Source of the DNA: an uncultured Candidatus Saccharibacteria bacterium
GTDB taxonomy: Bacteria > Patescibacteriota > Minisyncoccia > Minisyncoccales > CG1-02-41-26
Length of the DNA: 32,782 bases
Assembly: GCA_964399945.1 (NCBI GenBank)
Contig: CAYNRT010000002.1
Location: 1-32,782 of the forward strand
Direction: 5' to 3'
The position numbers and the translations under genes are program-made. The stretch's first letter is position 1. Each line of letters begins with the position of its first letter. Shown here in pieces: positions 1-9,168 of this stretch. The notes below the pieces were generated by a model. It did no database searches and was not told the origin of the DNA. It worked only from the letters and a program-made list of their open reading frames with translations.

Positions 1-1443
1 GAAAAAATGATGGAAAAAATTGCTTCTGAAGACGAGAATCTTCTGGAAAAGTATTTGGAAAAAAAAGAAATTAAACCAGAAGAGATAAAAAAGGTTTTGC
101 GCAAGGCTGTCTTAAATTATGATCTTATTCCGGTATTCTGCGGTTCGGCTTTGAAGAACAAAGGAGTTCAGCCATTATTGGACGCAGTTTGCTACTATCT
201 GCCTAATCCGCAGGATTTGCCGCCGGTTAAAGGTCTGCATCCCAAGACCGGCGAGGAAGAGAAAAGATTGGCTGACGACACAGAAGCTTTTTCCGCTTTG
301 GTTTTTAAAATTGCCACCGATCCTTTTGTTGGAAGCTTAAGCTATTTTCGTGTTTACTCGGGTTCGCTGAAAAAAGGAGATATTGTTTTGAATCCGATAA
401 CCGGAGAAAAACAAAGAATGGGGCGCATTTTAAGAATGCACGCCAATTCAAGGACAGAGATAGAAGAAGTTTTTACCGGAGATATTGCCGCAACAGTAAG
501 TTTGCGCGACACCGTAACAGGCCATACTTTGTGCGATCCTTCTAAACCCATTCTTTTAGAGAAGCTTGTTTTTCCTGAGCCAGTTATATCTATTAGGATT
601 AATCCGGAAACAAAGGCAGAACAGGAGAAAATGTTTGATGCTCTTAAGAAGCTTTCCAAAGAAGACCCGACTTTTCGGGTTAAAGAGGATTTGGAAACTG
701 GTGAAACAATAATCTCCGGAATGGGCGAACTTCATTTAGAGGTTCTTACTGAAAGAATGAAAAGGGAATTTAACGTTAAAGCTTCTACAGGCCGTCCTCA
801 GGTCGCCTACAAAGAAACCATTACAAGGGAGGCGAATGCGGAAGGAAAATATATTAGACAGTCTGGCGGGCGCGGCCAGTATGGCCATGTTTGGCTTAAA
901 ATTAAACCTTCGGAGCGCGGAAGCGGCTTTAAGTTTATAGACGAAATTAAAGGAGGCGCAATTCCCCAGGAATTCATTCCAGCTGTTAAAAAAGGAGTCC
1001 AAGAAGCTATGGAAAAAGGAGTTTTGGCAGGTTATCCTGTGATAGACGCGGAAGCTACTCTCTACGATGGTTCCTTCCACGAAGTTGACTCCTCTGAAAT
1101 AGCGTTTAAAATAGCGGCTTCCCAAGCTTTTCAAGAGGCGGCCAAAAAAGCAGGGCTGATACTTTTGGAGCCCATAATGAAAGTTGAGGTTGTTATTCCC
1201 AAGGCCTTTTTCGGCGATGTTATTGGAGACCTTAACAAAAGAAGAGGAGTTATAGAAGAAACCCAAGACAGGGGTGAATTGAAAGTAATAGACGGGAAAG
1301 TGCCTTTGGCTGAAATGTTCGGCTATGCAACTTCACTGAGAAGCTTAACCCAAGGAAGAGGAACTTTTACGATGGAATTTGACTGTTATAAGAAAGTGCC
1401 TGATAATATTGCCGAGGAGATAAAGGAGGGTAAAAGGAGATAG
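1..1443 (+). CDS. fusA: Elongation factor G, C-terminal ~480 aa (5' end lies outside the window)
   Basis: The frame is open from nt 1. EF-G hallmarks are present: [28 protein letters not shown], and domain IV/V motifs (HEVDSSE, GRG.F.MEF). The stop is TAG at 1441-1443. Confidence 0.95.
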   Translation, partial: EKMMEKIASEDENLLEKYLEKKEIKPEEIKKVLRKAVLNYDLIPVFCGSALKNKGVQPLLDAVCYYLPNPQDLPPVKGLHPKTGEEEKRLADDTEAFSALVFKIATDPFVGSLSYFRVYSGSLKKGDIVLNPITGEKQRMGRILRMHANSRTEIEEVFTGDIAATVSLRDTVTGHTLCDPSKPILLEKLVFPEPVISIRINPETKAEQEKMFDALKKLSKEDPTFRVKEDLETGETIISGMGELHLEVLTERMKREFNVKASTGRPQVAYKETITREANAEGKYIRQSGGRGQYGHVWLKIKPSERGSGFKFIDEIKGGAIPQEFIPAVKKGVQEAMEKGVLAGYPVIDAEATLYDGSFHEVDSSEIAFKIAASQAFQEAAKKAGLILLEPIMKVEVVIPKAFFGDVIGDLNKRRGVIEETQDRGELKVIDGKVPLAEMFGYATSLRSLTQGRGTFTMEFDCYKKVPDNIAEEIKEGKRR

Positions 1444-1445
1444 CG

Positions 1446-1715
1446 GTGCAAGAAGCCGAAACCTCTTTTAAAATTATGGATTTTGTTGAACAAGATAAAG
1501 AAAAAGAATCTTTAATTATTGAATTAGAGTCAGAATTTGCTCAAAAAAGAAAGGTTAGAGAGTTCAATTTAAAGCTTTTAAGTCCAGAAGCAGAACCTGT
1601 AGACAAGAAAACTTTGTTGAATGAAAAGCGCAAAAAGTTGGAAGAAAAAGATAAGCACGGAACCGGCTTAATTGAAAGCCTTCCGATAAAGGTTGACAAA
1701 GAAATTAATCCGTAA
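1446..1715 (+). CDS. Small acidic/lysine-rich hypothetical protein between fusA and tuf (89 aa from GTG 1446, or 79 aa from ATG 1476)
   Basis: An open frame fills the fusA-tuf spacer. GTG 1446 lies 2 nt after the fusA stop and has AGGAG about 9 nt upstream. ATG 1476 has the window-typical T at -1. I recognise no family. Confidence 0.4.
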   Translation: MQEAETSFKIMDFVEQDKEKESLIIELESEFAQKRKVREFNLKLLSPEAEPVDKKTLLNEKRKKLEEKDKHGTGLIESLPIKVDKEINP

Positions 1716-1721
1716 TAGTAT
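1693..1721 (+). promoter_or_regulatory. Candidate sigma70-type promoter for tuf (TTGACA-17 nt-TAGTAT)
   Basis: A perfect -35 hexamer TTGACA sits at 1693-1698. After a 17-nt spacer comes TAGTAT at 1716-1721, about 110 nt upstream of the tuf ATG. Confidence 0.3.
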
Positions 1722-1829
1722 AAAAGATATACATTAATAAATAAGTTAATAAAAAGGCGGACGCCGGTCTTCTACGAGCTTTAAAGCGCTTGTAAGGGAC
1801 TGATGAGATGTCTGCTGGTTATATTATCT

Positions 1830-3029
1830 ATGGCTGAAAAAGAAAAATTTCAAAGAACAAAGCCGCATTTAAATATAGGTACGATTGGTCATGTTGACCA
1901 TGGTAAAACAACTCTTACGGCGGCAATTTTAAAATACACAGGATTGAAAGGTTTAAAAAGCTCGCAGAAAACAGTTGATGAAATTGACTCTGCGCCGGAA
2001 GAAAAAGCAAGGGGGGTAACTATCAATATCTGCCACACAGAGTTTGAAACCGAAAAAAGACACTATGCCTTAATAGACTGCCCGGGACACGCAGACTACA
2101 TTAAGAATATGATTACCGGTGCCGCTCAGATGGACGGAGCTATTTTGGTAGTTTCAGCCGCTGACGGCCCTATGCCTCAAACACGGGAGCATATTCTTTT
2201 AGCCAGGCAGGTTGGACTTCCGGCAATGGTTATTTTCCTGAACAAAACAGATCAAGTAGATGATCCAGAAATGATTGATCTTGTTGAATCAGAATTAAGA
2301 GAGCTTTTGAAAAAGTATAATTTCCCTGGAGACGAAACGCCTATTATAAGGGGATCTGCTTTGAAGGCGCTTGATGCCAATTCTATTGATGATGAGGCAA
2401 TGAAGCCGATTGGCGAATTAATCCAAAAAGTTGATGAATACATAAAAGAGCCCGAAAGAGATTTAGACAAGCCCTTCTTAATGGCTATAGAAGACGTTTT
2501 CTCTATTGAGGGACGCGGAACAGTTGCCACAGGCAGGGTTGAAAGAGGCGTTATAAAAGCTGGTGACGAAGTGGAGATTGTTGGTTTGCGGGAGACGCAG
2601 AAAACTGTAGCTACGAGCATAGAAATGTTTAACAAGACATTGGATCAAGGAGAGGCCGGGGATAATGTTGGAATACTTTTGAGGGGGCTGAAAAAAGAAG
2701 ATGTCGAAAGAGGACAGGTTATCTGCAAGCCCGGCACAATAACTCCGCATACAGAATTTGAAAGCGAAGTTTACATTTTAACAAAGGACGAAGGGGGGCG
2801 TCATACACCGTTTTTCTCCGGCTATAAACCTCAGTTCTACATCCGCACTTGCGACATTACAGGTGATGTTGCTCTTCCGGAAGGAGTAGAGATGGTTATG
2901 CCGGGAGACACGGTTACATTTAAAGTGAAGCTTATTGCGCCAGTTGCCCTTGAAGAAAAACAGAGGTTTGCCATTAGAGAAGGCGGAAGAACAGTAGGCG
3001 CTGGCGTGGTAACAAAGATAATTAAATAA
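1830..3029 (+). CDS. tuf: Elongation factor Tu
   Basis: [29 protein letters not shown] (G1), DCPGHADY (G3) and NKTD (G4) are present, with full-length similarity to EF-Tu. I chose ATG 1830 over the track start at 1803 because it reproduces the canonical N-terminus. Confidence 0.97.
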   Translation: MAEKEKFQRTKPHLNIGTIGHVDHGKTTLTAAILKYTGLKGLKSSQKTVDEIDSAPEEKARGVTINICHTEFETEKRHYALIDCPGHADYIKNMITGAAQMDGAILVVSAADGPMPQTREHILLARQVGLPAMVIFLNKTDQVDDPEMIDLVESELRELLKKYNFPGDETPIIRGSALKALDANSIDDEAMKPIGELIQKVDEYIKEPERDLDKPFLMAIEDVFSIEGRGTVATGRVERGVIKAGDEVEIVGLRETQKTVATSIEMFNKTLDQGEAGDNVGILLRGLKKEDVERGQVICKPGTITPHTEFESEVYILTKDEGGRHTPFFSGYKPQFYIRTCDITGDVALPEGVEMVMPGDTVTFKVKLIAPVALEEKQRFAIREGGRTVGAGVVTKIIK

Positions 3030-3052
3030 AAAACCCTTTTAGGGGTTTTTTG
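3030..3052 (+). terminator. Weak intrinsic terminator or attenuator after tuf
   Basis: AAAACCC (3030-3036), loop TTTTAG, then GGGTTTT (3043-3049) followed by further T residues. The stem is 7 bp with only 3 GC pairs. Confidence 0.4.
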
Positions 3053-3060
3053 TTCCAGAA

Positions 3061-3411
3061 ATGCCGGCAACAGTAAAAAACAAAAAGAAAAAAGCGCCAG
3101 TTTTGCCAAAATTAAGGATAAAACTGCGCTCTTATGACAGCAGAGTGATTGACAAAGCCTGCCGCCAAATTGTGGATATATGTTTAAGGTCTGATGTATC
3201 GCTGGCAGGGCCTATTCCTTTGCCTACAGAAGTGAGGCGCTACACGGTTAATCGCTCTACTTTTGTCCACAAAGATTCACGTGAGCAGTTTGAAATGAGA
3301 ACACATAAAAGATTGATAGAAATTATTGGCCCGAATCAGAATTTTATTGATTCGCTGAGAAGCCTTACTTTACCGGCTGGTGTAGAAATTGAAGTAAAAA
3401 CCTTAAATTAA
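3061..3411 (+). CDS. rpsJ: 30S ribosomal protein S10
   Basis: RIKLRSYD..ID..C..IV...GPIPLPT......V.RS.FV.K.SREQFEMRTHKRLIEI is the S10 pattern. It is the first gene of the S10 cluster. Confidence 0.95.
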   Translation: MPATVKNKKKKAPVLPKLRIKLRSYDSRVIDKACRQIVDICLRSDVSLAGPIPLPTEVRRYTVNRSTFVHKDSREQFEMRTHKRLIEIIGPNQNFIDSLRSLTLPAGVEIEVKTLN

Positions 3412-3454
3412 AACCAAGAAAAACGCAACAACAGAACAATTAAGAGGGTCTTAG

Positions 3455-3486
3455 TGTAAACGCCGGGCTTAGACCCGGCGTTTACA
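3455..3486 (+). promoter_or_regulatory. Perfect 13-bp stem-loop in the rpsJ-rplC spacer; function unknown
   Basis: TGTAAACGCCGGG (3455-3467), loop CTTAGA, then CCCGGCGTTTACA (3474-3486). No T-tract follows on either strand. Confidence 0.5.
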
Positions 3487-3506
3487 TTGGGAACCAAAAA
3501 GCAAAT

Positions 3507-4133
3507 ATGAAGGTTATTTTAGGAAAAAAAATAGAAATGACCCAGATTTTTAATCAGAAAGGGGAAGTTGTGCCTGCGACAGTAATAGAAGCTGGACCGT
3601 GTTTTGTTCTTCAAGTAAAAACAAAGGAGAAAGATGGGTACAGGGCTGTACAGATTGGCTGGCAGAAGCTTAAAGAGCATAAAGTGAAGAAAAGTATGAA
3701 GGATAAACCTTATAAGTATTTAAGAGAATTTCTGCTTTTTGAAGAAAATGAACCAAAGAAGGGGGAAGAAATAAAGGTTTCCGTATTTAAAAAAGGGGAC
3801 AGAATAATTATTTCAGGGATTTCAAAAGGAAAAGGGTTTCAAGGAGCTGTAAAAAGATGGGGCTTTTCAGGCAGAGACGCGACCCATGGGGTCAAACACG
3901 AGCATCGCACCTTAGGCTCTGTAGGAGCTTCCGGACCAGCAAGGGTTTTTAAAGGCAAGAAAATGCCTGGCCGGACTGGAGGGGAAAGAGTAACTTTGAA
4001 AGGCGTAGAAGTTGTTGATGTTGATGAAAAAAGGAATTTTTTAATCGTAAAAGGAGCGGTTCCCGGAGGAAGAGGATCTTTATTGGAGATAAGGGAAGAA
4101 GTTGCAGATAAAAAACAGATACAGACAAATTAA
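3507..4133 (+). CDS. rplC: 50S ribosomal protein L3
   Basis: G.KIGMTQIF-like start (KKIEMTQIF), then FKGKKMPGRTGGERVT and operon position. Confidence 0.96.
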   Translation: MKVILGKKIEMTQIFNQKGEVVPATVIEAGPCFVLQVKTKEKDGYRAVQIGWQKLKEHKVKKSMKDKPYKYLREFLLFEENEPKKGEEIKVSVFKKGDRIIISGISKGKGFQGAVKRWGFSGRDATHGVKHEHRTLGSVGASGPARVFKGKKMPGRTGGERVTLKGVEVVDVDEKRNFLIVKGAVPGGRGSLLEIREEVADKKQIQTN

Positions 4134-4149
4134 AAAGTAAGGTAAAAAT

Positions 4150-5046
4150 ATGTTTGTTAAACTCTACAACGAAAACGGCGAGGAAGCAGGAAAGGTAAAA
4201 CTGCCTGAGAGTATTTTTTCCATTCAGGCAAACCCCGACCTTATTCGGCAGGTGGCTTTTATTCAAGCCTCTAACCGACGGCAGGGCACGGTTCATACGA
4301 AAGACAGGAGCGAGGTACGCGGCGGTGGAAGGAAGCCCTGGCGCCAGAAAGGAACAGGACGGGCAAGGCATGGCTCTATTCGTTCGCCTATTTGGATTGG
4401 CGGAGGAACAACATTCGGTCCGCGAAAGGAAAAAAATTACAAGAAAAAACTACCTCTAAAAATGAAAAGAAAAGCTCTTTTTATGGTTTTGTCGCAAAAA
4501 GCCGAAAACAAGCTTATTGTTGTTTTGGAAAAGATAAAATCCGAACAAGGAAAAACAAAAGAGATGAAAAAGCTTTTAACCAAGTTGCCAGTGGAGGCAG
4601 AAAAAGCAAAAATATTGATTAGTCTTGATAAATATGATAAAAACATTATGCTTGCCGCGAGGAATATTCCCAATGTTAAAACACTTGAAGCAAGGGAGCT
4701 TAATGTTTTGGATTTATTGAATTTTAAATATCTTCTTTTGACAAAGACAGCAGTAGAGGAGATAGAAAAGACTTTCCTCGGCGTTAAAGAGAAGGAAGAG
4801 AAAAAACAAAACGAAACCGAGGCAGATAAAAAAGGGGGAAGCAAGGGAGAAAATTCTGAAAAGGAGGAAGCGGAGAAGGAGAAGCCTGAGAAAAGAAAAA
4901 AAGCAAACGAGGGAAAGCCGCGCAAAGCGGCAGTTGCTGTAAAAACAACAAAGAAAAAAGAAAAATCACTGCCAAAAAAGGGGAAGCAAGCAGAAAAGCC
5001 CGGCAGAAAAGTAAAACAAACCAAAAAGGAAAATCACAAAGCATAG
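4150..5046 (+). CDS. rplD: 50S ribosomal protein L4 with a C-terminal K/E-rich extension of about 87 aa
   Basis: The L4 core contains RGGGRKPWRQKGTGRAR.GS.RSP.W.GGG..FGP. The canonical end lies near aa 211 (..VEEIEKTFLG). A low-complexity tail then runs to TAG 5044-5046. Confidence 0.93.
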   Translation: MFVKLYNENGEEAGKVKLPESIFSIQANPDLIRQVAFIQASNRRQGTVHTKDRSEVRGGGRKPWRQKGTGRARHGSIRSPIWIGGGTTFGPRKEKNYKKKLPLKMKRKALFMVLSQKAENKLIVVLEKIKSEQGKTKEMKKLLTKLPVEAEKAKILISLDKYDKNIMLAARNIPNVKTLEARELNVLDLLNFKYLLLTKTAVEEIEKTFLGVKEKEEKKQNETEADKKGGSKGENSEKEEAEKEKPEKRKKANEGKPRKAAVAVKTTKKKEKSLPKKGKQAEKPGRKVKQTKKENHKA

Positions 5047-5250
5047 AACCTTATGTTTTTATTTAAAAAAAAGAAAAAAGAAAAAAAGGAAAAGGCTGTT
5101 AAAAAAGAAAAAGCAGCAAAGATTCCTGAAGCCAAAAGTTTGGCGGAAGGAACAAAAAAAGAAAAGAAGGCTTTGCCGAAGAGGAAAACGGAAAAAAGAG
5201 AACAGGAGAGAGAAAAAAGCAGAGAGTCGGCCAAAAGTATGCCGGAACAA
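4783..5250 (+). repeat. Purine-rich (AAG/GAA/AAA) low-complexity tract spanning the rplD 3' end, the 6-nt spacer and the rplW 5' end
   Basis: Visible by eye. K/E codons dominate, and homopolymers A8 (5065-5072), A6 (5074-5079) and A7 (5081-5087) are present. The tract generates spurious ORFs in other frames and on the opposite strand. Confidence 0.8.
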
Positions 5251-5538
5251 AAACAGTCTTCTGCTTATGCTGTTCTGCGTTCTTTCCATATTGCCGAAAA
5301 ACCTGAGAGCTTGATGGACATGAATCAATATGTTTTCAAAGTTTCCAAAAAAGCCAATAAAAATGAAATTAAAAAAGCTGTTGAAGAATCTTACGGCGTT
5401 AATGTCTTAAAGGTAAGAATTATTAATGTTCCGGCGAAAAGGAGGCGTTTAGGAAGGACTAGAGGCTGGAAAAAGGGGTACAAGAAAGCTATAGTTACTC
5501 TAAAAGAAGGGCAGAAGATAGAAGTTGTTCCGAAGTAA
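5053..5538 (+). CDS. rplW: 50S ribosomal protein L23, annotated with an N-terminal K/E-rich extension of about 62 aa (alternative start ATG 5239 gives a canonical 99-aa L23)
   Basis: The L23 core is ...VLRSFHIAEK......NQYVFKV...ANK.EIK.AVE..YGV.V..V...N...K.RR.GR..G....YKKAIVTL..GQ. The start position is uncertain. Confidence 0.85.
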   Translation: MFLFKKKKKEKKEKAVKKEKAAKIPEAKSLAEGTKKEKKALPKRKTEKREQEREKSRESAKSMPEQKQSSAYAVLRSFHIAEKPESLMDMNQYVFKVSKKANKNEIKKAVEESYGVNVLKVRIINVPAKRRRLGRTRGWKKGYKKAIVTLKEGQKIEVVPK

Positions 5539-5584
5539 AAATATATTTATTGCCTGCAGCATTTGTGAAAGCAGGCGGAAAAAA

Positions 5585-6385
5585 ATGAACAAAAAAGTAT
5601 TAACAAAAAAAAGACCGGAAAAATCTTTGTTAAGACCGCTTAAGAAGAAAGGAGGAAGAAATAATTCCGGAAAAATTACGGTAAGGCATAAAGGAGGCGG
5701 AGCAAAAAGGCGCTATCGCTTAATAGAATTTGGGGAGAAGGATTATCCTAAAACAGGTATAGTTGAAGCCTTGGAGTATGATCCGAATAGAACATGCTTT
5801 ATTGCTCTTACTCGTTTTAAAAACAAAGAAGGCAAAGAGGAAAAAGCTTATATCCTTGCTCCTCAGGGCATGAAAGTTGGGCAGGAAATAATTTATGACG
5901 AAAAAACTCCGATTGCTGTCGGCAACAGACTTCTTATTAAAAATATACCGATAGGCACATCTGTGTATAATGTTGAACTGGAGCCGGAAAGAGGAGGAAA
6001 AATTGCCAGGTCAGCCGGAAATGCCTGCGAGGTAATGGGACAAGAAAGAAAGTATGTGCATTTAAAAATGCCCTCGGGAGAGATAAGAAAAGTTTTGGGC
6101 AAATGCTTTGCGTCGGTGGGCGCTTTATCCAACGAGCAGCACAGATTCGAAAAAATAGGTAAGGCAGGCAGAGCGCGCTTAATGGGGCGGCGGCCGACTG
6201 TTCGCGGATCAGCGATGAATGCTGTTGATCATCCCCACGGCGGTGGAAGAGGGAAATGCCCGATAGGCCTTAAGCGCCCCAAGACTCCTTGGGGAAAACC
6301 TGCTTTAGGTGTAAAAACAAGGAATAAAAAGAAATGGACAAACAAACTTATTCTTAAAAGAAGACAGAAGAAGAAAAGGAAATAA
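5585..6385 (+). CDS. rplB: 50S ribosomal protein L2
   Basis: GRNN.G.IT.RH.GGG.KR.YR.I.F is present, along with SAG and [13 protein letters not shown] motifs. ATG 5585 was chosen over the track start at 5525, whose extra residues have no L2 counterpart. Confidence 0.95.
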   Translation: MNKKVLTKKRPEKSLLRPLKKKGGRNNSGKITVRHKGGGAKRRYRLIEFGEKDYPKTGIVEALEYDPNRTCFIALTRFKNKEGKEEKAYILAPQGMKVGQEIIYDEKTPIAVGNRLLIKNIPIGTSVYNVELEPERGGKIARSAGNACEVMGQERKYVHLKMPSGEIRKVLGKCFASVGALSNEQHRFEKIGKAGRARLMGRRPTVRGSAMNAVDHPHGGGRGKCPIGLKRPKTPWGKPALGVKTRNKKKWTNKLILKRRQKKKRK

Positions 6386-6411
6386 ATAGAAAATGTTTAA
6401 ATAACACATAT

Positions 6412-6717
6412 ATGCCAAGAAGTTTGAAAAAAGGCCCTTATATAGACCAGAAATTATTGAAGAAAATATCCAAGTTGAACAAAGATGATAAGCCTTTAAT
6501 TAAAACCTGGAATAGGGCGGCGGTTATTACACCCGAAATGATTGGCTTTACTTTCGGTGTCTATAACGGAAAAGAACATATTCCGGTTTATATAACAGAG
6601 GAAATGGTCGGGCATAAACTAGGAGAGTTTTCTCCTTCAACAAAATTTGTAAAACATGGAGGAAAACTCCAAAAGGGCCTTGAAGCAAAACAAAAAGAAA
6701 ACAGCGAAGCTAAGTAG
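6412..6717 (+). CDS. rpsS: 30S ribosomal protein S19
   Basis: [39 protein letters not shown]. Confidence 0.96.
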   Translation: MPRSLKKGPYIDQKLLKKISKLNKDDKPLIKTWNRAAVITPEMIGFTFGVYNGKEHIPVYITEEMVGHKLGEFSPSTKFVKHGGKLQKGLEAKQKENSEAK

Positions 6718-6725
6718 AACGCTTT

Positions 6726-7151
6726 ATGAACAAAGAAATAAAGGCTAAATTAAAATATTTGCGGATAGCTCCGAGAAAAGTAAGGCTTGTTGCTGATTTA
6801 ATTAGGGGGAGAAAAGCGGAAGAAGCCGCCGTTATTTTAAAGTTTATTACCAAAAGAGCTGCTAAGCCGATAAGCAAGCTTTTGCATTCTGCTCTCGCTA
6901 ACGCGGAGAATAATTTTCAAGCGAAAGCAGAAAAGCTTTACATATCAAAAATAACTGTTGATGAAGCGCCGAAAATGAAAAGGTGGAGGGCGAGGTCAAG
7001 AGGGCGTTCAATGCAAATACAAAAAAAATCTTCCCACATCACTATTATTTTAGAAGAAGAAGAAAAGACTGAGCAACAGAGCAAGATTCAAAAAGAGCAG
7101 AAGGACAAGCTGGTTGATGACCGAGCGAAGCCTCTTAAAACAGGATTATGA
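6726..7151 (+). CDS. rplV: 50S ribosomal protein L22 with a charged C-terminal tail of about 30 aa
   Basis: LRIAPRKVRLVADLIRG. and RA.GR...I.KK.SHITI are present. The stop TGA overlaps the rpsC ATG (ATGA at 7148-7151). Confidence 0.94.
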   Translation: MNKEIKAKLKYLRIAPRKVRLVADLIRGRKAEEAAVILKFITKRAAKPISKLLHSALANAENNFQAKAEKLYISKITVDEAPKMKRWRARSRGRSMQIQKKSSHITIILEEEEKTEQQSKIQKEQKDKLVDDRAKPLKTGL

Positions 7152-7822
7152 GCAGAAAAACAAATTTAAAAATTTTAAAAATATTCGGAGCGGAGGACTG
7201 GCTTTCACGGGGATTTTACAAAAAGAATTTAGCCCAGCGTCTAAAAGAAGATTTTGAGATAAGAAAATTTCTGGAGAATTTTATAATCAAAGGAATTATA
7301 GAGTCAATAGAAATAGAAAGGGAAGAAGCTTCCTTGAAAATTATAATAAAGACCTCAAGACCCGCTTTAGTTATTGGCAGAAACGGAGAAATGGTTGAAA
7401 AAATTAAAAAAGGGATAAAGAAAATTATTAATCAGCCGAAAGAGCAAGCCGAGAAAACCAGAGAAAAGGGCGGAAAAGAGCTGAAAATAGACATTGTTGC
7501 CGTTAAAAATCCGTGGTCTTCAGCAAAACTTGCAAGTTCTTGGGCAACCATTCAACTGGAAAAAAGAGTACCCTATAGAAGAGTGCTTAAGATGACCTTA
7601 AGCAAGATTATGTATTGCCGCGAAGTTGAAGGGGCGCGGGTAGAAGTTTCTGGAAGGCTGAACGGGGTTGAAATATCCCGTAAGGAATGGCTGCAGGAAG
7701 GGAAGCTACCGCGGCAAAGAGTAGAAGCCCTTATTGATTACGGGTTCAGCCAGGCATATTGCTCTTATGGGGTTATTGGAGTAAAAGTCTGGATATATAA
7801 AGGTGAAAGAGAAAAAAATTAG
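7148..7822 (+). CDS. rpsC: 30S ribosomal protein S3 (divergent N-terminus)
   Basis: KH-domain region (IIKTSRPALVIGRNGE), C-terminal S3 motifs (GARVEVSGRLNG.EI.R.EW..EGK.P), and operon position. Confidence 0.92.
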   Translation: MSRKTNLKILKIFGAEDWLSRGFYKKNLAQRLKEDFEIRKFLENFIIKGIIESIEIEREEASLKIIIKTSRPALVIGRNGEMVEKIKKGIKKIINQPKEQAEKTREKGGKELKIDIVAVKNPWSSAKLASSWATIQLEKRVPYRRVLKMTLSKIMYCREVEGARVEVSGRLNGVEISRKEWLQEGKLPRQRVEALIDYGFSQAYCSYGVIGVKVWIYKGEREKN

Positions 7823-7831
7823 TTCTTAAAT

Positions 7832-8239
7832 ATGCTTTTACAGCCTAAAAAAGTAAAACATCGGAAATGGCAGAAAGGACGCTCAAAAGGAATTGAGAGC
7901 AGAGGAAACAAACTTGCTTTCGGCTCTTTTGGTTTAAAAGCAATGGAGGCAAAATGGATTCGTGCCAACCAAATAGAGGCTGCCAGAAGGGCGATAACAC
8001 GCGGTATGAAAAAAAGAGGAAAGGTTTGGATAAGGATATTCCCCTATAAACCGATTACTTCGAAAGGAACAGAATTTCCAATGGGTGGAGGAAAAGGCTC
8101 GGTTGATCATTATGTCTGCCCTGTTAAACCGGGAAGAGTGATGTTTGAGGTGAGCGGTGTTGCTGAAGACACGGCGAGAACAGCTCTGCGCAAAGCGAGC
8201 GACAAACTTCCTTTAAAAACAAAATTTGTAAAAGAGTAG
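7832..8239 (+). CDS. rplP: 50S ribosomal protein L16
   Basis: [42 protein letters not shown]. Confidence 0.96.
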   Translation: MLLQPKKVKHRKWQKGRSKGIESRGNKLAFGSFGLKAMEAKWIRANQIEAARRAITRGMKKRGKVWIRIFPYKPITSKGTEFPMGGGKGSVDHYVCPVKPGRVMFEVSGVAEDTARTALRKASDKLPLKTKFVKE

Positions 8240-8243
8240 GAGT

Positions 8244-8462
8244 ATGGCTAAAATGAGGGATAAAATAATATCTTTTAGAAAGGCTACAGAAGACGAGCTT
8301 AATCGTATTTTGGACGAAAAGAGGGAAAAATTAAGAGTCTTGAAATTTGAACTTGCTGCCGGCAAGATAAAAGATATTAGAGAGGCAAGGGAAACAAGAA
8401 GAGATATAGCCAGGATTCTTACAATCCTAAAAGAGAAAAAAGCCAATAAATTTAGCAATTAA
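8244..8462 (+). CDS. rpmC: 50S ribosomal protein L29
   Basis: Size, position between rplP and rpsQ, and the helical L29 pattern (ELN..L.E.R..L..LKFE.A.G). Confidence 0.88.
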   Translation: MAKMRDKIISFRKATEDELNRILDEKREKLRVLKFELAAGKIKDIREARETRRDIARILTILKEKKANKFSN

Positions 8463-8467
8463 AAAGT

Positions 8468-8752
8468 ATGCCAAAACTTAAATTCAACGGAACAATTATT
8501 TCAGACAAGATGGACAAAACAGTGGTTGTTAAAGTGGAGAAAGTCAAAAGGCATCCAAAATACGGAAAAAAGTATAAGGTTTCCAAGAAGTATAAGGCGC
8601 ATTGCGAAAGCGGAAAATATAAGATAGGGGATAGAGTGGTTATTGAAGAATGCAGGCCGATGAGCAAGAATAAGAAGTGGCGCGTAATCTGTTCTTTCGA
8701 AGAATTTAAACAGAAGAGCGGTAATCAAAAGAGCAAAGCCGAAAAACATTAA
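8468..8752 (+). CDS. rpsQ: 30S ribosomal protein S17
   Basis: G.V.S.KM.KT.VV.V......P.Y.K......K..AH.E....K.GD.V.I.E.RP.SK.K.W. Confidence 0.93.
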   Translation: MPKLKFNGTIISDKMDKTVVVKVEKVKRHPKYGKKYKVSKKYKAHCESGKYKIGDRVVIEECRPMSKNKKWRVICSFEEFKQKSGNQKSKAEKH

Positions 8753-8755
8753 AAT

Positions 8756-9124
8756 ATGATACAGCCGGGAACAAAATTAAAAGTAGCTGACAATACGGGC
8801 GCGAAAATAGTCCAGTGTTTTAATATTCCGGGCGGAACGCGTAAAAGATACGCGAGAATAGGCGAAGTTATTGTATGCGCTGTTAAAGAGGCAGAGCCGC
8901 GCCGCGACATTAAGAAGCATAGTGTAGTGAGAGCGGTTATTGTAAGGCAGAAACAAGCTTTCCGCCGTCGTGATGGTTCATATATTCGTTTTGACGAAAA
9001 TGCCTGTTGTATTCTGGACGATAAAGGAAATTTAAAAGGCAACAGAGTTTTAGGCCCTGTTCCTCGGGAGTTGAAAGAAAAAGGTTTTGAGAAGGCGATT
9101 ACTTTGGCGAAAGATGTTGTTTAA
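8756..9124 (+). CDS. rplN: 50S ribosomal protein L14
   Basis: MIQ..T.L.VADN.GAK...C and IRFD.NA are typical of L14. The length is 122 aa. Confidence 0.97.
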   Translation: MIQPGTKLKVADNTGAKIVQCFNIPGGTRKRYARIGEVIVCAVKEAEPRRDIKKHSVVRAVIVRQKQAFRRRDGSYIRFDENACCILDDKGNLKGNRVLGPVPRELKEKGFEKAITLAKDVV

Positions 9125-9168
9125 AGGAAAATACTAGAGCCGGCGCAGACTGCCCGGCGGCAAAAATT

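Noticed and set aside
1716-1829. tRNA genes in the spacer upstream of tuf (common in other bacteria) and in the other long spacers (3412-3506, 19469-19658, 22927-23023, 30972-31152).
   Set aside because: There is no GTTCRANYC T-loop box and no acceptor/T-arm complementarity. The only GGTTCGA string (around 21524) lies inside rpsM.
354-3109. Minus-strand ORFs of 90-176 aa inside fusA and tuf (354-659, 736-1266, 2252-2635, 2478-2750, 2837-3109). Similar antisense ORFs occur throughout the window, e.g. 3949-4371, 8213-9398, 10083-11398, 26107-26496, 27645-27935, 28423-29420, 29675-30197 and 32247-32552.
   Set aside because: Each lies fully antisense to a confidently identified conserved gene. 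Their translations are low-complexity, Ser/Leu/Phe-rich and mirror-like, and they show no recognisable motifs or start context. They are shadow ORFs.
4392-5328. A stack of overlapping ORFs in other frames and on the other strand across the L4/L23 junction (4392-4622 +, 4437-5024 -, 4784-5044 -, 5034-5234 -, 5059-5328 -).
   Set aside because: They are artefacts of the purine-rich low-complexity tract. An AAG/GAA-rich strand is stop-poor in several frames, and its complement encodes F/L/S-rich nonsense.
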